This document shows positions 9,477-18,255 of a stretch of DNA of 64,000 nt, piece by piece. Position 1 is the first letter of the stretch; each line of letters begins with the position of its first letter. Source of the stretch: Ignavibacteriota bacterium (GTDB taxonomy: Bacteria; Bacteroidota; Ignavibacteria; UBA10030; UBA6906); assembly GCA_963843525.1 (NCBI GenBank), contig CAWJKM010000004.1, positions 273,079 through 337,078 of the forward strand. The letters are read 5' to 3'. The notes under the pieces were generated by a model that searched no databases, was not told the origin of the DNA, and saw nothing but the letters and a program-made list of their open reading frames with translations. The translations under genes were made by a program, and so were the position numbers.

Positions 9477-10043
9477 ATGGGATTCGTGATTCTGGCATTA
9501 CTCGGCCTGGGGGCCAAGAGTGGAGGTCCAATGAACGAGAGGGCAGAAGCAACGTTTGGGGCCGGATGTTTCTGGTGCGTTGAAGCGGTATTCGAACAGG
9601 TGGAAGGCGTGATTTCGGTGGAGGCGGGATATGCAGGAGGGACAGTTCCCCATCCCAGCTACGAACAGGTGTGCACGGGAGAAACCGGTCACGCAGAAGT
9701 GATACGTATCGTCTTCGATCCGGCCAAAGTGAGCTATGAACACCTGCTCGAAGTCTTCTGGGCGGCGCATGACCCGACGACACTCAACAGGCAGGGAGCG
9801 GACCACGGAACACAATACCGGTCGGTGATCTTCTATCACGACGATGCCCAGCGGGTGACGGCCGAAAAGTCCAGGGCTGCGGCACAGAAGGACTTCTCCG
9901 ATCCCATCGTCACTTCCATCGAACCATTGAAGAATTATTACAGGGCGGAGAACTATCATCAGGACTACTTCAAGAACAATCCGAACGCCCCCTACTGTGT
10001 TTTTGTGATTTCCCCGAAGTTGAAAAAGCTGCACATCAAGTAG
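9477..10043 (+). CDS. msrA: Peptide-methionine (S)-S-oxide reductase MsrA with an N-terminal hydrophobic leader
   Basis: ORF 9447..10043. It has the catalytic GAGCFWCVEAVF motif, plus GYAGG and HDPTTLNRQGAD. The start is ambiguous among GTG 9447, ATG 9477 and ATG 9531. Confidence 0.9.
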   Translation: MGFVILALLGLGAKSGGPMNERAEATFGAGCFWCVEAVFEQVEGVISVEAGYAGGTVPHPSYEQVCTGETGHAEVIRIVFDPAKVSYEHLLEVFWAAHDPTTLNRQGADHGTQYRSVIFYHDDAQRVTAEKSRAAAQKDFSDPIVTSIEPLKNYYRAENYHQDYFKNNPNAPYCVFVISPKLKKLHIK

Positions 10044-10068
10044 CTCTTCATGCTGCACGGACGAGGAT

Positions 10069-10797
10069 ATGCCCATGACTCCCTCTCCTGAATCGGTCAT
10101 GCACAACGTGACCGCCGAGATCGTTCGACGGGCGGCGCGTCTTGCAAGAAAACGCCATCGTCACGTCTTCATCAGCAAGACGGCCAACGGCAAAGGGCTC
10201 GATGTTCAGACCCTCGACCCGGGATTTCCCGAGGGAAAAGCCCGCCTGGAAACTTTCCTGACGCCGGTGGCACGACATTACACGATCTCCGGCCTTGGCG
10301 CGCCGGAAGACCCTGACGCCATCAATTGGCGTGTTGTCAATCTCTCGTTCTGGCGTCGGACGATGCTGGTCATTCTTGTGGGGATCACGTTTCTCATGAA
10401 AGGCACTCCGTTCAAGAACAGGATTTTCCGTGCTATGGGAGTGCACATCGGCAGGAACGTCGAAATCATGCAGATGGCATGGCTCGATCATTTCCGGCCG
10501 GAACTGATCTTCATCGGTGACAATACCCTCATCGGGGCATACTCCCGCTTTACGGTTCATGCCTATGAAGGGCAGGGGAAGTTCCGGTATGGACTGATCG
10601 AGGTCGGGAAAAACTGTATTATCGGGGCCGGCACGGGGATCGGGCCGATGCTCATCGAGGATAACGTGCGTACGCTGCCGGGCACCACTCTCTCTCCCTA
10701 TCTTGCGCGCGTCAGGTCCGGAGCTGTCGTGGGGTATAATCCTCCGCCGGTCCGGAATCCGGAACAAGAACACCCGAAGGCCCCGATAGAAGTGTGA
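10069..10797 (+). CDS. Hexapeptide-repeat (left-handed beta-helix) acyltransferase-like protein
   Basis: ORF 10069..10797 with a GAGGA RBS. It has [LIV]-G-x4 repeats (IGRNVEI, IGDNTLIG, VGKNCIIGAGTGIG) after a hydrophobic segment. The overlapping minus-strand ORF is Arg-rich and not protein-like. Confidence 0.65.
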   Translation: MPMTPSPESVMHNVTAEIVRRAARLARKRHRHVFISKTANGKGLDVQTLDPGFPEGKARLETFLTPVARHYTISGLGAPEDPDAINWRVVNLSFWRRTMLVILVGITFLMKGTPFKNRIFRAMGVHIGRNVEIMQMAWLDHFRPELIFIGDNTLIGAYSRFTVHAYEGQGKFRYGLIEVGKNCIIGAGTGIGPMLIEDNVRTLPGTTLSPYLARVRSGAVVGYNPPPVRNPEQEHPKAPIEV

Positions 10798-10854
10798 CTT
10801 CAGTCCTTCGCCGGATCACGCGCTCTGCACCAAACGTAGGACTTTCTCACCTGT

Positions 10855-11958
10855 ATGGCCGAGTCATTTCAGGAATTCCAACCTGCGCATTCGCCGCTCT
10901 ATATGGTCATGCAGGATCCCGTCCTTCACCAGTTCATCTCCTACCTGGCGGAGAAAAGGCGTCAGCAGGAAGAGGACCCCGCAACCCACCTTCGAATTGA
11001 ACTGTCCCGGGATTTCATCACAAGAGTCCGCGAATCCTTTAAGAAGCAGATCATTCGCGGTGAGTTCCGGCTCCATATGCTTGCGCAGATCCTGGCAACA
11101 CATTTTTTCCATGATGCCTTCGACCTTCACAGTAATGCGATCGGAGTGCTGCCCGGAGGTGAGAGGCGGCCATTTCTGATCAGGGAACGGATCAGCAGGG
11201 AAACCCTCTTCACCCAGACAGACCTTGACCTGGGAAACCAGATGCTCGGGAACTTCCGGTACCGGACGGATGACGGATGGGCAGCGCTGGAACTGTCAGC
11301 CAACTATGTGGAATACATCCCGCAGATGCGGACAGGCTTGTCGGTGAATCGGCTTACCAGCCGGGTGAAAGCAGAGGAAGAGATATGGAACAAAGTCACC
11401 GATGAACTCTTCGGTGTCGACATGCTGGTGCAACGGGACAAACATCTGCAGCGATACAGCAAGTATGTGAAGGACGTCTTCGGCATCAAAATCGTGTGCG
11501 AGGATGAAGCGGCATGCTGGGACGTCCACAAGCAGCTTTCCCGCCTGCTCTCCAGGGAATGTGATTTTGGCGTGATGGACAGGTACGCGGAAGCGACGCT
11601 TTTCCAGAACCCGCAATCCGTCGGAGCGTTGCTGCTGGATTTCGTGGAGACCAAGGATTACCTGACGTGCGAACCTTCCCGGATGAAGAAGACCGGTTGG
11701 AAGGCGATTAAGAGCGTGGTGCGGTGGGGCGAACAAATGTTCGAGGTTCAGATTCAACCGCTGACCAACTACTATCTCGAAGTGGATCATATGTCCGGTC
11801 CATCACACCAATCATTCAAACTGACCCGCGAAAGTTTCCGGAAGGAAATCGCCGCTCGTATACCTCTCTATGGATTCTATCAGGACATGCTGCGGATGAT
11901 GTTCTTGAGTGAGGTCGTCTCCTATGAATATGGGAACGCTTCAGTGGTGATCGAGTAG
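10855..11958 (+). CDS. Divergent RelA/SpoT (RSH synthetase)-fold nucleotidyltransferase-like protein with an unknown N-terminal half
   Basis: ORF 10855..11958. The ordered blocks SRVKAEEEIWNKV, KDVFGIKIV, KKTGWKAIKSVV..MFEVQIQP and HQSFK follow the RelA_SpoT synthetase pattern. No HD, TGS or ACT domains are present. Confidence 0.7.
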   Translation: MAESFQEFQPAHSPLYMVMQDPVLHQFISYLAEKRRQQEEDPATHLRIELSRDFITRVRESFKKQIIRGEFRLHMLAQILATHFFHDAFDLHSNAIGVLPGGERRPFLIRERISRETLFTQTDLDLGNQMLGNFRYRTDDGWAALELSANYVEYIPQMRTGLSVNRLTSRVKAEEEIWNKVTDELFGVDMLVQRDKHLQRYSKYVKDVFGIKIVCEDEAACWDVHKQLSRLLSRECDFGVMDRYAEATLFQNPQSVGALLLDFVETKDYLTCEPSRMKKTGWKAIKSVVRWGEQMFEVQIQPLTNYYLEVDHMSGPSHQSFKLTRESFRKEIAARIPLYGFYQDMLRMMFLSEVVSYEYGNASVVIE

Positions 11959-12075
11959 TCGCGGCCAGGCTTGCCCATTCCGGGCAGCAGCGATCGGCCT
12001 GTTCGATGCCGTTCTTCTTCTTGCATTCACCCTGGAGGCTTCGTATCTTTTGGCTGTCAATTCCAGAGTACCCGG

Positions 12076-12159
12076 GGAGGGTTCGCCTAATGGTATGGCA
12101 GCAGTCTTGAAAACTGCCGACCCGCAAGGGTCGTGGGGGTTCAAGTCCCTCACCCTCCG
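12076..12159 (+). tRNA. tRNA-Ser (anticodon UGA), class II with a long variable arm
   Basis: I folded the cloverleaf by hand. The acceptor GGAGGGT/ACCCTCC has 7 perfect pairs. The D arm is GCC..GGC. The anticodon stem is GCAGT/ACTGC with loop CTTGAAA. The 17-nt variable arm is CGACCCGCAAGGGTCGT. The T arm is GGGGG-TTCAAGT-CCCTC. The discriminator is G, and CCA is not encoded. Confidence 0.9.
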
Positions 12160-12166
12160 CACAAAT

Positions 12167-12220
12167 GCCCCGCCTGCCGGTTAGTCCGTGCGACTCATCC
12201 CCGGGCGGGGCTTCTTTTTG
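12167..12220 (+). terminator. Candidate intrinsic terminator after tRNA-Ser
   Basis: GCCCCGCC (12167-12174) pairs with GGCGGGGC (12204-12211), and an inner CCCC/GGGG hairpin is also possible. It is followed by TTCTTTTTG. Confidence 0.45.
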
Positions 12221-12390
12221 TAACGGCCAGAGAAATGGCCTGAAGGACATTTCTACAATATACCCTGCCAGATGTCGATTCTCTCATCAGCTTTGCCGTG
12301 TTTCCGCCCTCTTGTTCTGTTACTCATCAATGAACGTTGGCATGCCTGTTGCAATGTTCCGGAGCACACCTTTCGCAACGAGGAGATACT

Positions 12391-12684
12391 ATGCAAAACT
12401 GCTGGGAGTACAAAAAATGCGGGCGAGAGCCTGGGGGCGTCAAGTCAGCTGAATTGGGCGTCTGTCCAGCCTGCCTCGATGTGCGCACAAACGGCGTGCA
12501 TGGCGGGAAGAACGGCGGCCGGGCCTGCTGGGCGTTGACAGGAACATTTTGCGGTGGAAAAGTGCAAGGGTCTTTCGCGACGAAACTCATCAGCTGCATG
12601 GAGTGCGAGTTCTACAAGCTGGTGTCCAAGGAGGAAGGGGCTCGCTATCAGAACGCCAAAGCCATCCTTGGACTTCTCAAGTAA
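12391..12684 (+). CDS. Stand-alone cysteine-rich 'two-CW' domain protein (97 aa)
   Basis: ORF 12337..12684 trimmed to ATG 12391, which is preceded by AGGAGA. It has eight Cys in CW-x4-C, CPAC, CW-x6-C and C-x2-C arrangement (MQNCWEYKKCG...CPAC...ACWALTGTFCGG...CMECEFY). Confidence 0.75.
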   Translation: MQNCWEYKKCGREPGGVKSAELGVCPACLDVRTNGVHGGKNGGRACWALTGTFCGGKVQGSFATKLISCMECEFYKLVSKEEGARYQNAKAILGLLK

Positions 12685-12981
12685 GAGGACAGCGTTCTCA
12701 ACGCGTGCAAGAGAGCGAGATTGTTTGAGGTCGCCCCGGCACGAACGGACGCATGCACGTTCCAGGCGGAAGCGATCCCAATCAGTCTCCATCGAGACCC
12801 TGCCCCTGTAGTTCTTGCCGCCAGTATCCATCGCTGTCCAAGAACCTGGACGGCGTGACGCAAAAGTGAACAGCGGGCGGAAGAGTCGGCTTGAAATTGG
12901 GAAAAACAGGGCCTTCCCGATTGGCATGCGGTTTGACCTTCACCATATCAAGATGTTTGATCACTTATGGGGGAGGGCAAG

Positions 12982-13371
12982 ATGAAAATCCGAATGCTGG
13001 TAATCGCTTCTCTGGTCGCTCTGGCGGGATTGGTCGCTGTGCCCACGGCGCCAGCTCAAGTGTCGGTCGGAATCGGTATCCGAATTGGTCCGCCTCCGCT
13101 CCGGCATGAGGTCATGGTACCCCGACCGTATGCGCACGCTGTCTGGATGAGAGGACATTGGATTTGGAACCGTCATCAAGACCGCTACGTCTGGATGTCA
13201 GGGCGATGGGTCGCTGCGCGGCCCGGATTTTTCTGGACCGATGGCCGATGGACCCATGAAGGGCGCGGCTGGATGTGGAAGGATGGATTCTGGCGTGAGC
13301 AGGAATCCCGCAATCATCACGATCACGAAAGACACGAGAGAGAACGACGGGACATGGGTCATCGGCGCTGA
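12982..13371 (+). CDS. WXXGXW / YXWGXW-repeat secreted protein with a His/Arg/Glu-rich tail
   Basis: ORF 12967..13371. The second ATG (12982) follows GGGGGAGGG. The signal peptide is MKIRMLVIASLVALAGLVAVPTAPAQ. The repeats are WMRGHWIW, YVWMSGRWV, WTDGRWT and WMWKDGFW. Confidence 0.8.
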   Translation: MKIRMLVIASLVALAGLVAVPTAPAQVSVGIGIRIGPPPLRHEVMVPRPYAHAVWMRGHWIWNRHQDRYVWMSGRWVAARPGFFWTDGRWTHEGRGWMWKDGFWREQESRNHHDHERHERERRDMGHRR

Positions 13372-13419
13372 TGCAAGGCTGCCAAGTCTGCTTCGTCCAG
13401 TAAAATGCCACAGAAAGAC

Positions 13420-13459
13420 CGAAACCCATCCGGCACCTCCCGGATGGGTTTCTCTTTAT
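13420..13459 (+). terminator. Intrinsic terminator
   Basis: A perfect 13-bp stem GAAACCCATCCGG (13420-13432) / CCGGATGGGTTTC (13439-13451) has loop CACCTC and is followed by TCTTTATC. It lies 49 nt after the WXXGXW gene. Confidence 0.7.
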
Positions 13460-13672
13460 CGCACCACCTGCTGCTCCTCCGTCGAAAGTCGCTCGTCAAA
13501 AATCATCTAAACCTCACTATTTCTTGTTCCAGGTGTCACGGCCGGAAAAGAGAAATGAAAAAGCAAGGTGGAAAATTGTTACCAAACGAATATATTGTAC
13601 CGAGTTTCTAACACCGTCAGAAAGTTGGGATCGTAGTACTTCAGTCCGCAAGGCCGCCGCAGGAGTCTCCCT

Positions 13673-15857
13673 ATGACCGGATCTCGCAAACGAACACCTC
13701 CGACAGTGCGAAGAAATGCTGCGAGGGATTTACAGCGAGGCACAAAGCCCGCCTCTTTCTCTCTCGATAGTGTGCCGATCGGATTATACAGCACCACGCC
13801 GGGGGGAAAGATTCGCTTCGCGAATCGTACGATCGTCCAGATGCTCGGGTTTTCTTCCTTCAGAGAACTTTCGCATCGCAATCTGGAAATCGAAGGCTTT
13901 GCCCCAGACAGCAATCGGCGCTTGTTCAAAGAGTTCATAGAGCGCAATGGAGAAATCCGGAACTTTGAAGCAGTGTGGTTGGCGAAGGATGGGTCGAGGG
14001 TCCGGGTGAAGGAGAATGGGCATCTTCTCCGTGACAAATCAGGAAAGATCCTGTCGTATATCGGCACTGCCGAGCCCGTCTTTGAAGAGGAATCTCAACA
14101 TCACGGGTCGCCTCCGGACGACAAGCGGTACCAGCTCATGGTGGAAAATCTGCAAGAGGTGATCTTTCATACAGACGCACAGGGCCGATGGCAATTTCTT
14201 AACCCGGCGTGGACCCGGGTCACCGGTTTCACAGTTCAGGAAAGTCTTGGGAGACCATTCAGTGAATTTGTCGATCCCGAAGACCGGGACATGTGTCTCA
14301 GTTTGTACCGTGGGCTCCTCGCCCGTGAGGTAAACGATTGCCGCTTCGAACTTCGTTACCGGATGAAAGAGGGAGGTTCCCGGTGGGTGGAAGCGAACTC
14401 GCGCCTGATGCTCGACAAAGACAACAGTGTTCTCGGAAGTTCAGGGACATTGACCGATATCTCCGAACGCAAGCACGCGGAGGAAGCCCTTCGGGACAGT
14501 GAGGAACGTTATAGGAAACTTGTGGAGATCTCTCCCGACTGCATCCTGGTGCACGATCAAGGGTCGCATTCAATATGTCAACCCGGCGACACTCAAACTG
14601 ATTGGTGCCGAAACAGCGGAGGAATTGCAGAACGCGCCGATTTTGGATTTTGTACATCCTGATTCCCGGGAGGTGGTGCGGCAACGGATCGGCACGATGT
14701 CCTCCGAGGGGGTTTCCGTCCCGACGATCGAAGAGCGATTCCAAAAGAGAGACGGCACCCCGGTGGACGTGGAAGTGACGGCTGCCCCCTTCGTGTACGG
14801 GGGGAAACAGGTGATCCAGGTGATTGTCCGCGATATCACGGAACGGAAGAGGATCGAAGGGCTCCTCCGTCAGCGTGAGGAGTTGCTGGAAATGATGTTT
14901 CAAAGGAATACCGCGGTCATGCTGTTGATCGATTCGGAAAACGGGGAGATTGTCGACGCTAATCCGGCCGCATCCAGGTTCTACGGGTATTCCCTGGGGC
15001 AGTTGAAGAGCATGAAGATTTCAGATATCAACATCCTGCCTGAAGACAGGGTGAATGAAGAGCTGACAAATGCCAGGAACGAGGCGGCGCACACGTTTTT
15101 CTTCCAACACCGTCTCCTCACCGGAGATGTGCGAAATGTCGAGGTCCATTCAAGCCGTCTCTTGTTGGGCAACCGGACCCTTCTATTTTCGATTATTCAT
15201 GACATTACTGAACGGCTTGAAGCAGAGCAGAAGCTTCAAACCTCGCTGAAAGAGAAGGAGGTCCTTCTCAAAGAAGTGTATCACCGCGTGAAAAACAATC
15301 TCACTGTCGTTGCCGGCCTTCTCAGCCTCCAGGCGCGCTTCATCAAATCCCGGGAAGACGCTTCGATGTTCGAGGAAACGAAGGCAAGGATTCAGGCGAT
15401 GGGGAGAGTTCACCAACAGCTCTACCAATCCGAGCGGCTCTCATCCATTGACCTCAACATCTATTTGAAAGATCTGGCAGGCTCACTTGCGGCAAGCTAC
15501 AATACGCCCGGGGTTGCGACCGTTGTCGATGTCGAGCAAATCAATTTAGGCCTGGATCAGGCGATTCCGTGCGGATTGATTGTCAATGAGCTGCTCTCGA
15601 ACTGCTACAAGTACGCGTTTCATGGAAGGGGTTCCGGGAAGGTTGTGGTGACGGGTCGCAGGGTCAACGATAACAGGATTTCCCTTTCCGTAAGCGATGA
15701 TGGCGTCGGACTTCCTGAATCGGTCGATGTTTCCGGCTTGAAATCTCTCGGCCTCAGTCTTGTCATGATGTTGTCGGATCAAATCGATGGGAAGCTTACG
15801 ATCGGGCGGGCCGGCGGAACGACGTTTACGCTGGAGTTCCCGGCCGGGAAAATTTAA
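13673..15857 (+). pseudogene. Multi-PAS sensor histidine kinase (HisKA_2/HWE-like), interrupted by a +1 frameshift near 14561-14564
   Basis: ORFs 13673..14662 and 14499..15857 overlap in different frames. Dropping one nt of GGGT at 14561-14564 joins ...SPDCILVHDQG to RIQYVNPATLKLIG..., a normal PAS core. It has the H-box EVYHRVKNNLTVV and ATPase blocks NELLSNCYKYAF, DDGVGLP and GLSLV. Confidence 0.75.
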
Positions 15858-15898
15858 ATTCCATTTCTCTTCACCGGCGGCCTTGTTTGACGCCGCGG

Positions 15899-16552
15899 CT
15901 ACTCCTTCTGAAGGGGATAGCCTACCGTTTGTGCAACGATAATGCGCTGTGCCGGCGTCAGTTTCAGTAATTTGTTCAGGGCCGTCCTGTCAACGTACGC
16001 CCGGACGACCGCTCCCATCTGCGCGGTGGCCGCGTAGAGGTACACGTTTTCTGAGCAATGGCCCGCCTCGACACTCGCCAGAGAAAGCTTATCACCTTCA
16101 TCTTTCGTAAAGTCGAGTCTGTTGAGGTCCGCGACATAGAGGAGATTGAGGGGCGCATTCGCTACAAATGCTTGTGTCCCGGCAAGCCTGCGATAATCTC
16201 CAGTCTTGATAGTTCGAAGCCCGTGATGCTCCGGGATGTAGCAATAGATGCCACTTTTCAGAATTACATAGACATCAATACTCCGTCGGTTCATCGCCGA
16301 AGGGACAGTCCGGTTCCCCGTCGCCGGTCGGTTGATGCCATCGGCACACCAGAGGAGATTGGAAAGATCCTGGGGAGAGAGTTCTTTGGTGGAAAAATCT
16401 CTTGTACTTTTGCGGAGCTGAATTGCGCTCATCAACGACACACTACGGTCGAAACTCACCGGGGGAAGTATTCCTCCGGGCAATTCTTGCGCGTTGAGCG
16501 ACACAGCAACGAGAAGAGCTACCGTCAACATTACCAACGATGACTGTTTCAC
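15899..16552 (-). CDS. SagB-type nitroreductase-family protein with a signal peptide
   Basis: ORF 15899..16552 has a GTG start preceded by AGGAGA. Motifs are RKSTRDFS, LLWCADGINRP and VPSAMN. Confidence 0.85.
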   Translation of the reverse strand: MKQSSLVMLTVALLVAVSLNAQELPGGILPPVSFDRSVSLMSAIQLRKSTRDFSTKELSPQDLSNLLWCADGINRPATGNRTVPSAMNRRSIDVYVILKSGIYCYIPEHHGLRTIKTGDYRRLAGTQAFVANAPLNLLYVADLNRLDFTKDEGDKLSLASVEAGHCSENVYLYAATAQMGAVVRAYVDRTALNKLLKLTPAQRIIVAQTVGYPLQKE

Positions 16553-16805
16553 TGTAGGATCTCCTGAAAAAGCGGACAGGGGGTATCAGGGACCAATGGG
16601 GGCATCGACAGTGGCGGAAGAAAGACGACCGCCGGTTGAGAGTACACAATTTCGATGGCGAAAACAAACCTTTGCATCTCTTGATGTGTCAGAGAAAAAT
16701 CGGCTTCCTTGTCTTTTTGACTTCAGGACTTCCACGCGCGTGGGACGCAGACAGTGCTTGCGATGAGGCAGTGCACGCCTTGATCCGAATGTAAGGAGAA
16801 ACACC

Positions 16806-17543
16806 ATGACCCTCTTCATATTTCCACTGATACTCTCCATCGTTGCGACGACACAGAGTCAATCGAACAGTGCCGGCCTGCAGGAAGACACCATTGCAAC
16901 GTCGACCGGCGAGCTCCGCATCACCTTTTTCGGCCACGCGTCGGTCATGTTCCACTACGATGGGAAATCGGTGTACGTCGATCCGGTCCGTCGCTATGCG
17001 GATTTTTCGAAGTTGCCCAGGGCCGATGTTGTTCTTGTCACGCATCAACATTCGGATCATTTTGACCCCGGGGCGATCGAGGAGATCAGCGCACCTTCAA
17101 CGGTGGTCGTCCTGACGAAAGCGTGTGTTGACACAATGCACACTGCGGAAACCATGCAAAACGGGGACGTCCGGACGTTCGGCGGAATCAGAGTCGAGGC
17201 CGTTCCCGCCTACAACCTCGTCCACAAACGAGAGAACGGAATGCCTTTCCATCCGAAGGGGGAAGGGAACGGATACGTGATCACATTCGGCCGGACTCGT
17301 GTCTATGTGGCGGGAGATACGGAAAATATTCCGGAAATGAAGGCGCTGCGGGGAATAGATATTGCCTTTCTCCCCATGAACCTCCCGTACACCATGACTC
17401 CGGACATGGTCGCGGACGCCGCACGGGCGTTCCGGCCGGGCATTCTTTATCCGTATCATTACGGGGACACGGATCCTCAGAAGCTTGTGGAGCTTCTCAA
17501 GAACGAGAAGGGGATCGACGTTCGCGTGAGAAACATGCGGTGA
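16806..17543 (+). CDS. MBL-fold metallo-hydrolase, exported
   Basis: ORF 16806..17543. It has the VLVTHQHSDHFD metal-binding motif and an N-terminal hydrophobic leader. Confidence 0.85.
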   Translation: MTLFIFPLILSIVATTQSQSNSAGLQEDTIATSTGELRITFFGHASVMFHYDGKSVYVDPVRRYADFSKLPRADVVLVTHQHSDHFDPGAIEEISAPSTVVVLTKACVDTMHTAETMQNGDVRTFGGIRVEAVPAYNLVHKRENGMPFHPKGEGNGYVITFGRTRVYVAGDTENIPEMKALRGIDIAFLPMNLPYTMTPDMVADAARAFRPGILYPYHYGDTDPQKLVELLKNEKGIDVRVRNMR

Positions 17544-17744
17544 CGAAAAGAGATGTTATCGACCTACGACAATTCGCCTGAGGCAGGAGAAAAATCTCCC
17601 CTTGCTTTCCCCGCTGTGAAGCTGTACAATTCTTGAGGCTCTCTCGTCCACCAGAGACGTCGTACCCCCTGACTTCCTCCGTTACTGGATGGACGGAACG
17701 AAAACCTTCCACTACATTCGGGGCCCGCAGTGGAGACTCTGCTG

Positions 17745-18089
17745 TTATGTGCTCTGCTTATTGTCCGGGGAATTCAAGTGGGGGAGGCCAGACAGGATGC
17801 CCGGGATACTCTCCAGGGAAGAGACACAACGCGCTCTTCCGCGCGGCAAGAAAGGAAACAGCACCCCTTTCAGGAAGTATCGCCCTGGGGAACGGACGGC
17901 GAGACCATCGTTGATCTTCCTCTCTCCGATGGGACATACCGGCCGTATACTGTCGATGAGCTTGATTCTCTCATCAGCCAACATCCTCTGTTTGTCAACC
18001 TCATCCGCCGGAACCTCCTGATCACGCCTTTTTCCGGCCTGCGTTTTCCTCAGCACGTGCAACACGGTCTCAGCCCATTTCTCCCCCAT
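17745..18089 (-). CDS. Hypothetical protein (114 aa); strand assignment uncertain
   Basis: This is the internal ATG 18089 of ORF 17745..18353, with GGAG 6 nt upstream. The minus frame has purine-rich first and GC-rich third codon positions, like neighbouring genes. The competing plus ORF 17730..18239 shares the same triplets, lacks an ATG start and is L/F/P/H/Q-rich, as expected for an antisense read. Confidence 0.3.
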   Translation of the reverse strand: MGEKWAETVLHVLRKTQAGKRRDQEVPADEVDKQRMLADERIKLIDSIRPVCPIGERKINDGLAVRSPGRYFLKGVLFPFLPRGRARCVSSLESIPGILSGLPHLNSPDNKQST

Positions 18090-18255
18090 GGTCCGCTCCG
18101 TCTCACGCCGTTCGAACAAATGTCGCTCTACGCACAACGATACAGAGATTTCTACGTGAATCCGGCGGCCGGATTTTACACGCTTCCGCAGATCGACATT
18201 CTTGGGACGATCCTGTGGTGGCTTTCTGTGCAATGGTAGCGGACCAGCCTCTGAG

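Noticed and set aside
17730-18239. The plus-strand 169-aa ORF as a real gene.
   Set aside because: It has only a GTG start. Its first codon positions are C-rich and its third positions T-rich, unlike neighbouring genes. The product is L/F/P/H/Q-rich, consistent with the antisense of a charged protein. Confidence is low, so it is discussed as ambiguous in the findings.
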